A program made the translations under genes and the position numbers. The notes beneath the pieces are model-generated. The model saw nothing but the letters and a program-made list of their open reading frames with translations. It was not told where the DNA came from and searched no databases. Positions 13,601-25,861 of a stretch of DNA of 64,000 nt are shown here, in pieces (positions within the stretch are counted from its first letter, which is position 1; every line of letters starts with the position of its first letter). Origin of the DNA: Trichoplax adhaerens (lineage: Eukaryota; Animalia; Placozoa); NCBI RefSeq assembly GCF_000150275.1, contig NW_002060944.1, positions 4,096,123-4,160,122 on the forward strand, written 5' to 3'.

Positions 13601-16600
13601 AGCAAAGAAAAACGTAGACTATTTTACCTAGATCAGCCGCTAAATGAATCGATAATGTTGAAATGTTCAGCATAGCGATGTATTCGTCAAATTATTGCGA
13701 TATGTGCTAATATATATTTTACTAAATCAAGTTGACACCATGATCTAAAATGTTGATTTCTGTTATTGTAGGCTCCACAATGTGTTCTTTCCGATAACGA
13801 TTGCTATATTTTGGATAAATTAGGGTAAATAAAAATTCGTCGATATGGCGCATTTTGAGCGTTATTAGCGTTACTAAATGAGAATCTGTAAAACCATCTA
13901 TTAGTAATTATGATTTTTCATATCTTACTCTTGACTAGGTATATTATTGCTGACTTTAATAACAAAGCTGCGCAAAAGAAGGAACATATTAGTCAAAAAT
14001 TTCCTTGGCTCACCGCTTATTTAGTTAGCAAATCTTCAGTTCTTGAGGTATTTCTTAACAATGTTATCATGGAACAGCTATATCGGGTAAAATTGAATAT
14101 CTCTAGCAGAATAACTCTAATGCACTCGTTTATATCATTTGCGTATAGGGAACCTACTGCCGAGACTTTGAGCATGATAAAGCACATTTATTCTATTCGC
14201 TGAAAAACTTCACCATAATCAATCCTGATGTCAGCAATCCATGTTATAGTTTTGCTTTAGCATCAGTTCCTTACGGAGATTTCTACCTATTGGTTAGACC
14301 ACAATCGGCACGATCATGTAATTTTAATAGCCCACCTCCAGAATTTGAGGTAGGTTTCTAATGTAACGTCGCATCCAATTTTCTTTAATTTTTGGCTCCT
14401 AACATAAAAGGGAGCTCTAATTTTTATCAATTCACCAATGCTTTGAAATTCACTTTTATAAAATACTTCTAGAGTACTTGTAGCTGTAATAGTAATAAGA
14501 CGTGCTCTAACTGCAACGGAATAACTTCGATATGTCAGGTTAGTATACTTAGCGGAAAGTAATATTCATCTTACCGCTTCGGTGCATAAAGATTGTACGA
14601 TAAAAGTAACTCTTGGTTGAAGGCATTTAATAACTCGTAATTATGTCAGATTGCTCTTTCCTCTCCTAATTGCACAAGAACTGACTTATACTACCCCTTA
14701 ATTAATATTTTCTCAGTGCCCTTGTTCTTGCCCGCTTGGGCATGATCCTTGTACTCTTAAGACGACTAGCAATGCATCCGTTGTCTGTCCAAGTAAGTGT
14801 ACTGCGTATACTGTAAAGACATTATGTCGTTATGGATAACAATATTCGCTAGCGTAGAAAATTGAAACAGAATGATCAAATCAGTTGTAAAGTCTAACGG
14901 AATCATTTTTGATATTCTAGTTTATTTGCCCTATAAAAATGCAACCTATAATACTGCTACTCGATTAATTAATACCGCTAACCAATGCGATAGGGCATGC
15001 GAAATAGCGTAAGTCAATTTCATGTCATGAAGATATTCTGTTATATTTCCCTTTGATATTAATTTTGTCAGATAGTACTTTTATGGACTTGATTTGTTTC
15101 TGCATTGACATCTCTGATTTTATGAAGAGCTAATGAAGAGCTCTGCTTGATTAAATCATCGTGTAAATGGTGTGGAAATCAGAAAGTGCCAGCTTGTTCT
15201 ACATTTTGTTTAACTAATACAAGGTAAAAATGCCACGCAAGGACGCTTTAACAACTCTTTACTAAGTATTAATGCTATTTCTTTCTCTCCTACATCAGTT
15301 CTAGCGGATCATTTTGTATTTTTGGTGAGAATCCTCTATTACTAGATGCTTTCGAAAGAGATAAGCTTAGAACATCAGTTGTCCAAAGTCTTAATGCATT
15401 CATTGGTAATATCAATCCAAAATTGATATGGAACATTCGATTTACTACCGTAAGTTTGAGTATTGATAAAGCATGCAATGTTTTACTATAGGGAAAGAAG
15501 TAGCATTCTATTCGTTGCCCGGAATTTAAAATTAATAGGATAGAGCTTGCATTATTATTACGGCTTCTACAGCCGAGATAGTGTAGAGCTATTCTTCAAT
15601 TTTCTGTTATCTGATGCTGTCAAGAAGCTGTAAAAGTATAAAATCTTTATCTTAATTACAGTCAAAACATAATTTCTATATAAAAGTAAATTTTAGTTCT
15701 ATAATAACACATAATATAGCCATACTGAATTCTTACTTTTAAAATTAAAGGCTGGCCAAGTTTTCTATACTATTTTGGGCTCCGATGTGACACCAAATCC
15801 AGGATATTTAACTAGCAATATCTCCCAAGCAATTAACAACAGCCAAGTTTATATCAATTATTATAATAGGAAATTGGCACATATGGAAAATATTTGCACA
15901 ACAGGCCAGTAAGTCTGAACTAAGTATCAATTAACTATGGTATGATTTTATGCGTTAATATCTAACATGTGTATAACTAGAATAGATTGCTTAAGAATAA
16001 TGTTAAACAGCGTCCTATCTAAAAATAGCGAAGATTCTATACCTTATTCTTTATAGAACGAGTTTCAATTCTCGTAATTTCAAAAGAATTATCTTATATT
16101 CGTAGCAAATTGTTAGAGTATTTCATTGACTCGTAAACCTTTACTTCATGATTCGATAGCTTGAAAATAAATATTACATTTAAGCCACAAGATTTCTCTG
16201 AATACAACCAAGATACCGTCAAGATTGAATTTCTTAGATTTATCGAGGCTATAACGAGAACAACATTTCAATCAAGAATTTTGCAACGTCGATTGGAAAG
16301 CGTATGTGTTACTATTATAATTTATTATCGTTACCTTTAGTATTTACGCGGATCAGAAAAAGCAGTAAGTAGATGATTATATCAATAACAGTTTATCTCT
16401 TGTATCCTGTTGTAGTCTTCTTTCATGTTAGCTGTCATTAAATCTAAAAGTAAAGACCAAATCGAGGCAGAAGTAAAATCGCTTCAACAAGCTATCCGCA
16501 ATGGGATATCCATAGATCTACTTACTTTGCACAAGTCCTTAAAAATTCATCGACTTTATATCAATGGCAATCTAACTGAAACTTTCGTCCCAACGTAGGT

Positions 16601-19600
16601 TATCAACGGCTGTCGTCGTTATCGATAAATTCCTATCACATACTTAGATATCTATATCTGCGTCTTGATTTTGGTTAGTTACGTTTATGTCTGCAAATAG
16701 TCTCGAAATCATGATGTCCATCTAAGAGCTTTTAATTACAATCTATTACTTACATATTTTCTCTACGCCTACCTTTTTGGGTAGCAAAGTTATACCTAGA
16801 AAAATGTGTAGAATTATTTCTAATATTTAGATATCTCTTTCTGCGTCTGTGTTAGGTAGTTAAATTTATATCAGGAGAAAATTTGAAAACTATCGTAGTT
16901 ATCTAAAGCTTTTTAATAATCGTATCTACCATTTAGATTTCTTCCCACTCTTATTTATTATCATTAATATTAGATTATTTTTGCATCATCTCTATTTTAA
17001 AATTCTAGGTTACTTATTACCTTGTAATGTTTTTAAGTACTACAACAGCTATCAACATTGTTTAATAGAATTTAATACTTAAAGTACCGGTTTCTACTTG
17101 TACTTCCGATAAATAATTATATCTGCAGAAGGTCTGAGAAAAACTTACTGTATTACAGTCTTCCATATGGTCTTATCAAAATTGAAACTTGGATATTTTC
17201 AATACTTTGGGTGAAACTTATACTAGTGAAAGCTCGATAGACATTAGAATCGTCTACAGCCGAGTTAACATTTAATATAAAACTTCCGCCGCTTGCATCA
17301 TATTTTAGATAGCGAATTTATAGTATTTTAGTACCTAAAAATGTTCAGTAATCGCGCAAGTTAATTTTTAGACTAATACTTGATATTTCAAAGTATTTGC
17401 AGCGTCTATGGTTTAAGTAATTAATTTATGCTATATTGAAAGAAAACTTCAATTTTAGCATAATTATGATAGATATTTGCGGCACTTGCTTTTTTTGACA
17501 ACTATGATATGGAACAAAGCAGCTAAATACTTAGCTTAATTTTATCTTACAATACAGGATTAACGTGACATTCCAAATGTCCCGAAATATGTCAAACTTT
17601 TCTATGCCAGAAAGGGCTGAAATTTCAAATCAAGTTATTCCACTCCTGAGTGAATTATTTAACGCATCAGTTGCTTCCAATGTGAAGAATCTACGAATAG
17701 TAGATGAGGTTAGATATGTCATAAAATTGGCCATAATGCGTTTTCATCATAATCTTTAATATTATATGAATAAATCGCATACAGGGTGTTACATTTACCT
17801 TGGTTGGCGGTATCATCAATGATCTCTATTCATTCAGAGATGAAGAGATACGATTAGAAGAAGCCACTAAAACTGGTCAGATAGTCCTGAATACAACTGA
17901 CGAAGCTGGAATTATTGCACAAAAGTTATATATAAATGATGGCTTTCGAGTCAAGTTGATAGTACCCTCGTAAGTGTCAGGAACAGCAATCATTCGTTAA
18001 CCTGTTCTAAGCAAATTCTATACTATTTTTACGATTACTTAAAGTAAATCTTACTATAGACTGTATATTTAGTAACAAAATGCTACACATAAAATCTTAC
18101 ATCAATACTGAAGATTAATCCTATTTTCATTCATATTTAGCATGCTATTGAATCTAACCTTCTCCCATATGAATATGGACAGCAATGACTCAAGATTGTT
18201 TTCTGAAAGAGTCATAGTCAGTTTAGAAGATATATTACAAACCAGTCTTAAAAATAGGCTAAAGGATATTAGCATGGTTAAGGTAACTTATAAAAATTAT
18301 GTTAAAAAATAGACAACTGCAACAGTAATACTAATTTAAGATAATACAAAAAATGTAATTTCATTTTCTTACGTTACTATAATAAATTAATTATAGAGCC
18401 ATTTTGGCTGCCAGTTAGCGGGTCAACTGATTCAAAAATGGTATCCTATATCGCAAGAAATTGAAAAAATTAGAGCTTCAGTTAACAGAGGATTATATAT
18501 TCAAAAATTGGATAATCATTACGCTTATGTTGTTCGATTGTTTCAAGAATTCAGGGTTATCGCTGAATATTCACCATTGTAAGGAACATATTGCATAGTT
18601 AAAGTGTTATTATTTATTTTACCTAAGCTTTATCCTAATTTTCGAGATATTATGATTTTTATTACTTAAAAAATAGATTAATGAGCTCGCACTCAGTGTT
18701 TAACGTGAACATGATATTAACAAAATTAGAGAGATTGAATTGATGCATCAGTTCAATTTTAATTTGATTTGATTTAGTCAACCTTTGTCCCTACATTTCC
18801 CTCGAATATATTTTGGTAACTTTCAAGAAACACGAATGAACGCCATCTCCAAGAAATTATTATCTATTGTTCAAAAGATCTATAATGGTGATAGCATTAA
18901 CTTTGTTCAGGATGTTATATATTCCTTGGTAAACAGACACTGAATTGTGTGGTGATTCTACATGATTAATCCTAACCATCGAAAACCAAAATAAAGCTTA
19001 AGAGGTCTTTTAATTCGTAATTTATTTATAGGATAAAATAAAATTTCATCTACTCCGTGAAGTCTGGAATGAAGGAAGCATCAAAATTTACGATTTAAGT
19101 TTCTTATCAAATGGGGTTGCAGACGGAAAATTTACTCATTTAATCGATGATATACCACGATTAAATGCTCTCTATTCTGATAACCTTATGCAATCGCAAT
19201 ACATTCCTAGGTAAATTGCTTATTCCTATTTAATTTAACATTCAACTAAAGTAGATGCATTTTGAACTGTTTAAAGATGCTCTTTTTAATACAGAAATTA
19301 ATCATTTTGAACGATAAAAATAACTGTATGCTATTTTCATTACTTTAATATCAGAATACCTATGATCATGCAATTCCCAAGTTATATTACCAAATCTCTC
19401 GATATATATGAGAGTAAAGAAATGGAAACTGATATTATTACACAAATGAATAAGATTTTATCCGATAATATGATCAACCGAATTTTAAAATCAAATCTTA
19501 CGGCTGATGTAAGTAATCTCTAATTAAGAAATTTAACATACTTGCAGTCTTCTAGTTACATCAATATGCGGCAGTATAACACAATGTCGTATTTTACCTA

Positions 19601-22600
19601 ATGCAACGCTATATCTCTCCCCGTTTGCAAATGTAGGGTAGATTTGATTTTATATTGCGAGGTACAGGTAGCGCGAATTTACCAAGTCTACAGCAAGAGA
19701 CGAATACTTTAGCTCAGAGTATTAAGAAGAAATTGCTTATACAATTACCACAGAATAAAACAGTTCCAGTATACCGATATTATTCCAACAGAGTACTGAA
19801 AGCAGAATATCTGAATAGGTAAAAATGTCTAATAATTCCTATGGTTACATTTTATTGCTAGACTGAGATTTAATAGTCACCTAATTTAAAGGACATTAAT
19901 CAAAAAATTTTCTAATATGGATAATTTTACTTGCAGCATTGGATTTTCGTTTACCTTCACTTGTCAGAATTTGAATGGTATCAATCTTACAGATATCAGT
20001 GCAATCCAACTGGCAATTGATAAAAAGTTAGACCACGTTCTCGACAATGGTGGAACCGTTAAACCAAATAGCACCATCATGTGGCAGGTAAATCAATAAC
20101 CTAGTGATGTAGTAAAAGACTATCTGCGGTAATCATCACTCAATTAAACAGATCTACTTGTACTAAGATAGTCATGTATAAGCTACAAATACTGTATATA
20201 TCAATGCGAGCTCACAAAACTGTACCTCGGTTTATCTCACAATCTACATAATTATTAATTATTCCAATCGGTGAAATATCTTATTAGAATCAAATCATAT
20301 TTAATGTATATGAAAATGTACACTTTCGAAATTGGTCGGATATTGCAAAACAAGATTTAATTTATGGTGTCAAAAGCAAATTAGAAATTGATCTGCCTTC
20401 AAATAATTGTACTATTATTGCCACAAAGCTTTACTCACAAGCTGAGTTACTGGCAATCTATGTTCCAAGGTAAATTTAAACTATTTGATTTATTCATCTT
20501 TAGCCCTTTCATAAATAAGCATGGAAAAATTTGCTAAGACTAGAAGACAACCTTGTTGTGTAATATTGTAAGAAGATTTAACTCTATTCCCTCATCCATT
20601 GTTGTTTTAGTACCCCAATCACTTTTGCCTTAGCACTCAAAGTGCCAGTTATGTGGAGTAATGAAATTCTTTTCAACAGCATAAAGCAAGCAATGAAGAC
20701 ACATACAGGAAGAGGATTAGAGAACAAATTGGCCAAATTCTCATTATCGGGGGTATGGCTTACAAGAGATATTAAATCAAAATGCTTTACTAAGAATCGA
20801 TCGTGATGCCGCAGAAACTAAAATTTAATAGCCGTTTTTTCAGTAATCCTATAAATTATAATATCATAATAATACAATGCTAAGCAAGTACAGTAGATTA
20901 GCTCACAATATATAATGCATTTTGGTATATCTGAGTATACAATAAATTATTCATACCGATTTTCAAATTGTAAACCCGTTTTTCGTCATACACATTGCTA
21001 CACTAAATATAGCCGTAAGTAAAATTAATAACTTTTACGAAATTTTACCGTAGAGAAACGCTACGTTCTATGTCAATGGATTGCATTACTACAATCAGTC
21101 ATTTATGGATACCGATGTTGAAGCTATTAGTCTAAGTGTAGAAAACAAGCTTACCCTCCAATTATCCAATAATTCGATGACATATGTAACTGAAATGATA
21201 CAGAATGGCACAGTCCAAGCAAGTTATATGAAAAAGTGAGTACTTCTTTAGTAGGATATGGTTAAAATCTTGATTAAATTTATATTAATGAAAGCTTGAT
21301 TCAGCAATTTCTTGAAATATTAAGCACTATGCTAATGTATTGAATGATACAATGATTTCGTCATTTTTTTAAATAGGTCCGTTATGGTGCTAACACTACC
21401 GCCAATCTACTTAAGCTCACTCAGTACCGGAGATAAAAGTATCGTTAGCCAACGTTTAATGGAAAGTCTTCAACAAACAATTGGAATAAATACGAAGCAA
21501 CGCATGATTGGTGGTGTTACCATCTATAATGTAAGTGATCAATTTGCTCCTCTACTTAATACAAGCGGTAAAGAAATTATTTTAGTATTTATAATTACGT
21601 ATCCAGAAATATCTTAATTCTATCATATAACGTAGAAGTGATATTAACTCCTCAAGATGACAACTCGCCAGATGAGTCTTACTTTTTCTATATTTTTAGA
21701 GTAATATCACCTTCATGTTGATGGCAGATATAGAAAACGATGCTGAAAATAAGAAAGCTATAGAAGATATTAAAAAATTAGTTATCGTAGGATTTACGAT
21801 TTATTTACCAAAATCAAACGCGCTTGTCCGCAAGTTTTACTCTGATGATATATTTCAAGCAGAGCACGTGCCAAGGTAATGACTGCGTTTTAGGTTTGAT
21901 ATGCGCATTTTCTAATCTTTATGGCTATAAAGCAAAATTTAAATATCAAAAATGGATAATAAATAACGCTTTAGTATGTGGACTCTGAGCGTCAATTGGT
22001 CCACTTTCAATTTGTAAAGCATGATATTGATGCATTGAATACGAATATTACGATATGGATCCTTGAGATATAAAAATTTGAGTGCCAGTTCTCTCATGCA
22101 TTTAATCTTATTTTGCAGGTCTTTGATACGATTTGAGTTGCCAGCTGCTAATTTATTAGATTATAGCCAACTACAGCAGAATTCTATCAAGCACTCGATT
22201 CTGCTCGAGCTGCAAGAACGTTTCCTTACTAATAGCAGTGCCAAATTTACAAATGTCACTTTACTCAATGTAAGAATCCCTGAAAATTGCTATGAACTAT
22301 TCTCTTACTTTATCGCATTTAATAATAATTGCTTCTTGCTTGGCTAAAAAAGGATTAAAATATCACCTTAGTCAATGTAAGAGTCTCAGAAAATAGCTCT
22401 GAAAACTGTGATACCTTCAGTAAAGTCTTGTTAATAAGTCAAATAGCTCAATTATCCTACTTCTCTTTTAATTTATTACATTTATTAATAATTGTGTCTT
22501 GCTTGGCTATTAAAAACTAATTTATCAGCTTAGTCAATGCAAGAGTCTCAAAAAATAGTAATGAAAATTTTTATACCTCTAATAGAGTCTCATTAAAAAC

Positions 22601-23976
22601 TACATAGATTTGTTTTCCTATTACTTTTTACCTATCCTCATTGTTCATAACCGCTTATCCTATTGACTAATAAAGAAGTACTCTAGATTCAACCGTTAAT
22701 ACCTCTATTCTGTTTTATTTTATCACTAAAAATTGCTTTTTATCCGACTAATAATGTCCTCTCAACGCTTACAGAACGGAATCACCTTTGCATTGTATGA
22801 GGATATAGATGTTGAAAAATCACTCTTTGAAGAAGTTAGCTATATCGGGAAAACAGTGCAGCAGGGTTTTTATTTAACCTATCTCGAATCGAAGAAAATT
22901 GTTCGTAGGATGTTTGTTGATAAAGCATTCTGGTCTGAATATCTACCGAGGTATATTTAGATGCTATCATTGATCAGAGATTGTAAAACATTATATAATT
23001 CTAATTTCTTGTATCTTTGCTTAATCTAGCGAGTTGGTTTTGTTAGAATTCCTGGGTGTCGCTTTTGATAATATGACAGCAAGTGAACTAAATCAAGTAA
23101 AAACAACACTTTTTGAGAAAGTTAACCAAACTATTGGTCTATCGGCAATCCATCGTATAACTGAAACCGCTATTACTGACGTAAGTTGTCTGAATATTTG
23201 TACATGGGATTGCACTACATGACGATATTTTGATGTTCGTTGATATCATTCGATTGTAGCAGTATACATCAATGTAATTTTACATGGATCACTGATAAAG
23301 TCGATAATGACATTTGGAGTAGTTATCGTTACGATTATTGCTTAAACTAAATGATCATCAACAGTCTATTCATCATTACTAACTTTAATACTTATGATTG
23401 TTAATTTATTAGAATACAATTTCCTTCACCCTGACTGAACATCCGTTTAATGGTGATTCTAATGTACCTGAAACACTCCATAGTGATATCGCAAAACTAA
23501 ATGTCAAAGTCAAGAGCGGATGGTATTGGCAACTTCCAGTCTATCAAATGACACCAATATCTGGCATCTACATTAATGGAAATCTTACCGAAGAATATAT
23601 ACCACCCACAACAGAATCACCTCTATTCCAAACAGCATTTCCAGATAATACAACAGCAAACAACCAGAGCAGCCTCAATAATCATGTTGTTATTACATTT
23701 AGCTCGCTTCAAATGAATCCTATATTAATAGTAGTCATATCGGTTATGGTTTTCATTATACTTGGAGTTGGAGCAACTGCAGTTGTCATCATGAAAAGGC
23801 GAGAAGAAACGAAATATCGATTGTTGCGGTCCAGTGCTGATGTAGCCATTTCTGCTGATGATAATGACGATTATGTCACACCTATCGAAGTAAAGCGGCA
23901 AATATTAGAAAGTGCTAGAAAATTGCCTCCGCCTCCAACTGAAGTCTCTAACAGTAGTTATTCAGCACCATATTAA
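7659..23976 (+). CDS. CACHD1: CACHD1/alpha2delta-family VWA and Cache domain protein with an 11-module extracellular stalk; 44 coding exons, about 2,371 aa, type I membrane protein
   Basis: Hand-spliced GT-AG exons of the head: 7659-8275, 9166-9310, 9866-9998, 10142-10209, 10413-10514, 10745-10861, 10938-11091, 11201-11356, 11499-11650, 11863-12018, 12235-12360, 12497-12614, 12730-12832, 13192-13389, 13480-13576, 13772-13824, 13939-14047, 14149-14349, 14473-14538, 14717-14792, 14921-15008, 15128-15223. These are followed by 22 stalk exons (15299-23976). All phases are compatible and the total is 7116 nt, divisible by 3. Motifs seen: signal peptide; WQYFAG..YP; QWYVNAASP..LVLVLDRSGSM (VWA); IVFLTDG; IGVVASDV; YAFLIDKQGRLLIHP; RYMATESGVFRIFPG; GVAGMDV; CSC..CSNC..CQCPCSCP; CKWC. 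The order and spacing match CACHD1 as I recall it. TM helix ILIVVISVMVFIILGVGATAVVIM is near 23722-23793. Family assignment is firm; 1:1 orthology to CACHD1 is not established. Confidence 0.9.
15299..23610 (+). repeat. Array of 11 divergent protein modules (~103-112 aa), each encoded by a two-exon cassette within the CACHD1-like gene
   Basis: A/B exon pairs: 15299-15449/15751-15908, 16160-16301/16416-16594, 17558-17708/17785-17969, 18141-18282/18397-18578, 18778-18928/19032-19210, 19355-19508/19637-19818, 19937-20087/20288-20469, 20611-20752/21054-21235, 21377-21530/21700-21875, 22119-22269/22775-22950, 23030-23180/23413-23976. Every A exon is 142-154 nt (phase 2 to 0). B exons 1-10 are 158-185 nt (phase 0 to 2); the last B exon runs on into the TM and tail. 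A C-terminal motif like LYxNGxLxxxYxP recurs. Confidence 0.88.
22250..22580 (+). repeat. Triplicated exon-end/splice-donor segment in the intron after module 10A
   Basis: aaatgtcactttactcaat|gtaagaatccctgaaaattgc (true donor, 22270), aaatatcaccttagtcaat gtaagagtctcagaaaatagc (~22358) and tttatcagcttagtcaat gcaagagtctcaaaaaatagt (~22521). The block taataattg..tcttgcttggcta is also repeated. Confidence 0.75.
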
Positions 23977-25403
23977 ATGATGGTTATTACTTTACCCTTG
24001 ATAGTTATTCTTGATCCTATAACTACATAAATTAGTTATGGCCGTAACAATGACGTATTAGTATCATGACTCAAAATATGCTCTTTTCATCCAGTTGCAG
24101 ACGGTTTTTCTATCTAAAGCTGGGAAATTATCCGTCCATATTGGTACTAATTGATGATATATCTTTAGTATTTCTATAGATAATAAAAGGATATACTGCA
24201 ATTTTCTAATTATTCTAATACATTATTTGAAATGTACAAAAGTATTTATAGTGCTAATTAGTTAATATGATATGGCTTCGTTGATAATATTAGAAAAAAT
24301 TATCAAATCAATACAGTATGTCAACAAGATGCCAGTAAATGTCAAATTTTTGCTGCTAATCGTGTCGATTTCGAGCAATAAATTTGTCGGACAATCAAAA
24401 AAAGATTTAGATTACAGAATAGGTCAGTTTTTGAAGAGCTGTTGTTCACTATTGCTAAGAGATCAACTGATGTACATTCTGTTACAATATTATTCTACAG
24501 CAGTACTACGTCAATCATATTAGAAAATAACATGGGAACAAAATACCTTCTAGTTAATATGAACTTGAAATGGCCAGAAAGATATTTTATTTTACAATGC
24601 TGTGCTAACACTATAACATTTAATTTAATGCTATCTATTTAACGTGAATTATTATCCAATTTAATTAATAAGTTTGCCTTTTCAATAAATAGAGTCAAAC
24701 CTCTAATCAGAAAATTGATGATACCAATTAAGATAATTTTAAGCTGAAAACTTACACGATAGAGGATATAATTATAAAAATTATTAAACTCAAAATAAAA
24801 CTATTGATAAACCGTCTTCTGCCTCGTGTTTCGGATATAACCTTCTATTTTAGGACATTAAGAGAAAATTTCCAACATTATAAACGCGTCTTTGCTGTAC
24901 TGTATACTCGTATCCAGGGTATTGTATAATCGATTTTATTGCTCCTTTCAACTTAAAATAATCCTATGGATGTTTTATTCTATTTTTGTGATTGCAAGTC
25001 CACCCGAATTTTTAAGATTACTGAAGAAGTGTAGTAGTCCAAAAGTGAGACATTCTGAGTATATTCTAAACATTTAGATGTCGTTCCTATCTGTTATCAC
25101 ATTAGCAACGCACTGCACATTTAAGTGAAAAAATTTAAGGTCAATATACGTATAATATAAACGCATAGAGATTGACCGATTTGGCTGCTTTAGCAGAAAG
25201 AATTTCGTTATTTCGCATTTTGGTGAGTAGAGCTCGTCCGATATGAACTTTCTGTGGCATCAATATCGTGGAAACAGTATGTAGAGTACTTATTGCTTGG
25301 TCTAACATTTGATTACAACAGTTTTTCATAAAAATGTACCGGCACACTATAAATTCAATTTAATGTAGTTTGCTATGGCGATTCCTTTTGATTCAGAGAC
25401 GCA

Positions 25404-25500
25404 GTAGTCGGGCATTTTGTAAAATTCCTGGTCATTTTGCAAATTGCCCTTGATCTGTAGTCGGGTATTTTGTAAATGCCCGGTCATTTTGCAAAATGAT
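25404..25500. repeat. Tandem ~53-bp direct repeat built from ~20-bp subrepeats (CGG(G/T)CATTTTG(T/C)AAA); probable transposon-terminus relic
   Basis: gtagtcgggcattttgtaaaattcctggtcattttgcaaa at 25404 and gtagtcgggtattttgtaaatgcccggtcattttgcaaa at 25457. Confidence 0.7.
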
Positions 25501-25861
25501 CGATTATCTATACGGTAAACGACAATATATATTATTATAATATTATGGAAGTCAACTAAAATGCATACGTATAATCTTGCGACAATAATACATGTAGAGT
25601 TACTTCTGCGATCTTTTTTTTTTATTTCGAACGACTCATTTATATATGTCATATATATAATTGTTAATATCCCTTAATAATATAAATACTCAGTGGCAAC
25701 TATAATCATTTTTATTCAAATTGCGCGGCAGACACACCATGATTTTAATTGGCATATGCTTAAAACATAACTATAGCGCTGCATACTCCATTTTGACTGT
25801 TACAGAACGATTGCACAGTGTAATTGCAACCACTTCTTAGAAGTTTTCTCACCAGCGGTAA

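Noticed and set aside
15440-23420. SEA-type autoproteolysis (G|SVVV) at the A/B junctions of the stalk modules
   Set aside because: The junction sequences (DE|GVTF, YN|SNITF, LN|NGITF, TD|NTISF) lack the GS dipeptide, so self-cleavage is not supported even if the fold is SEA-like.
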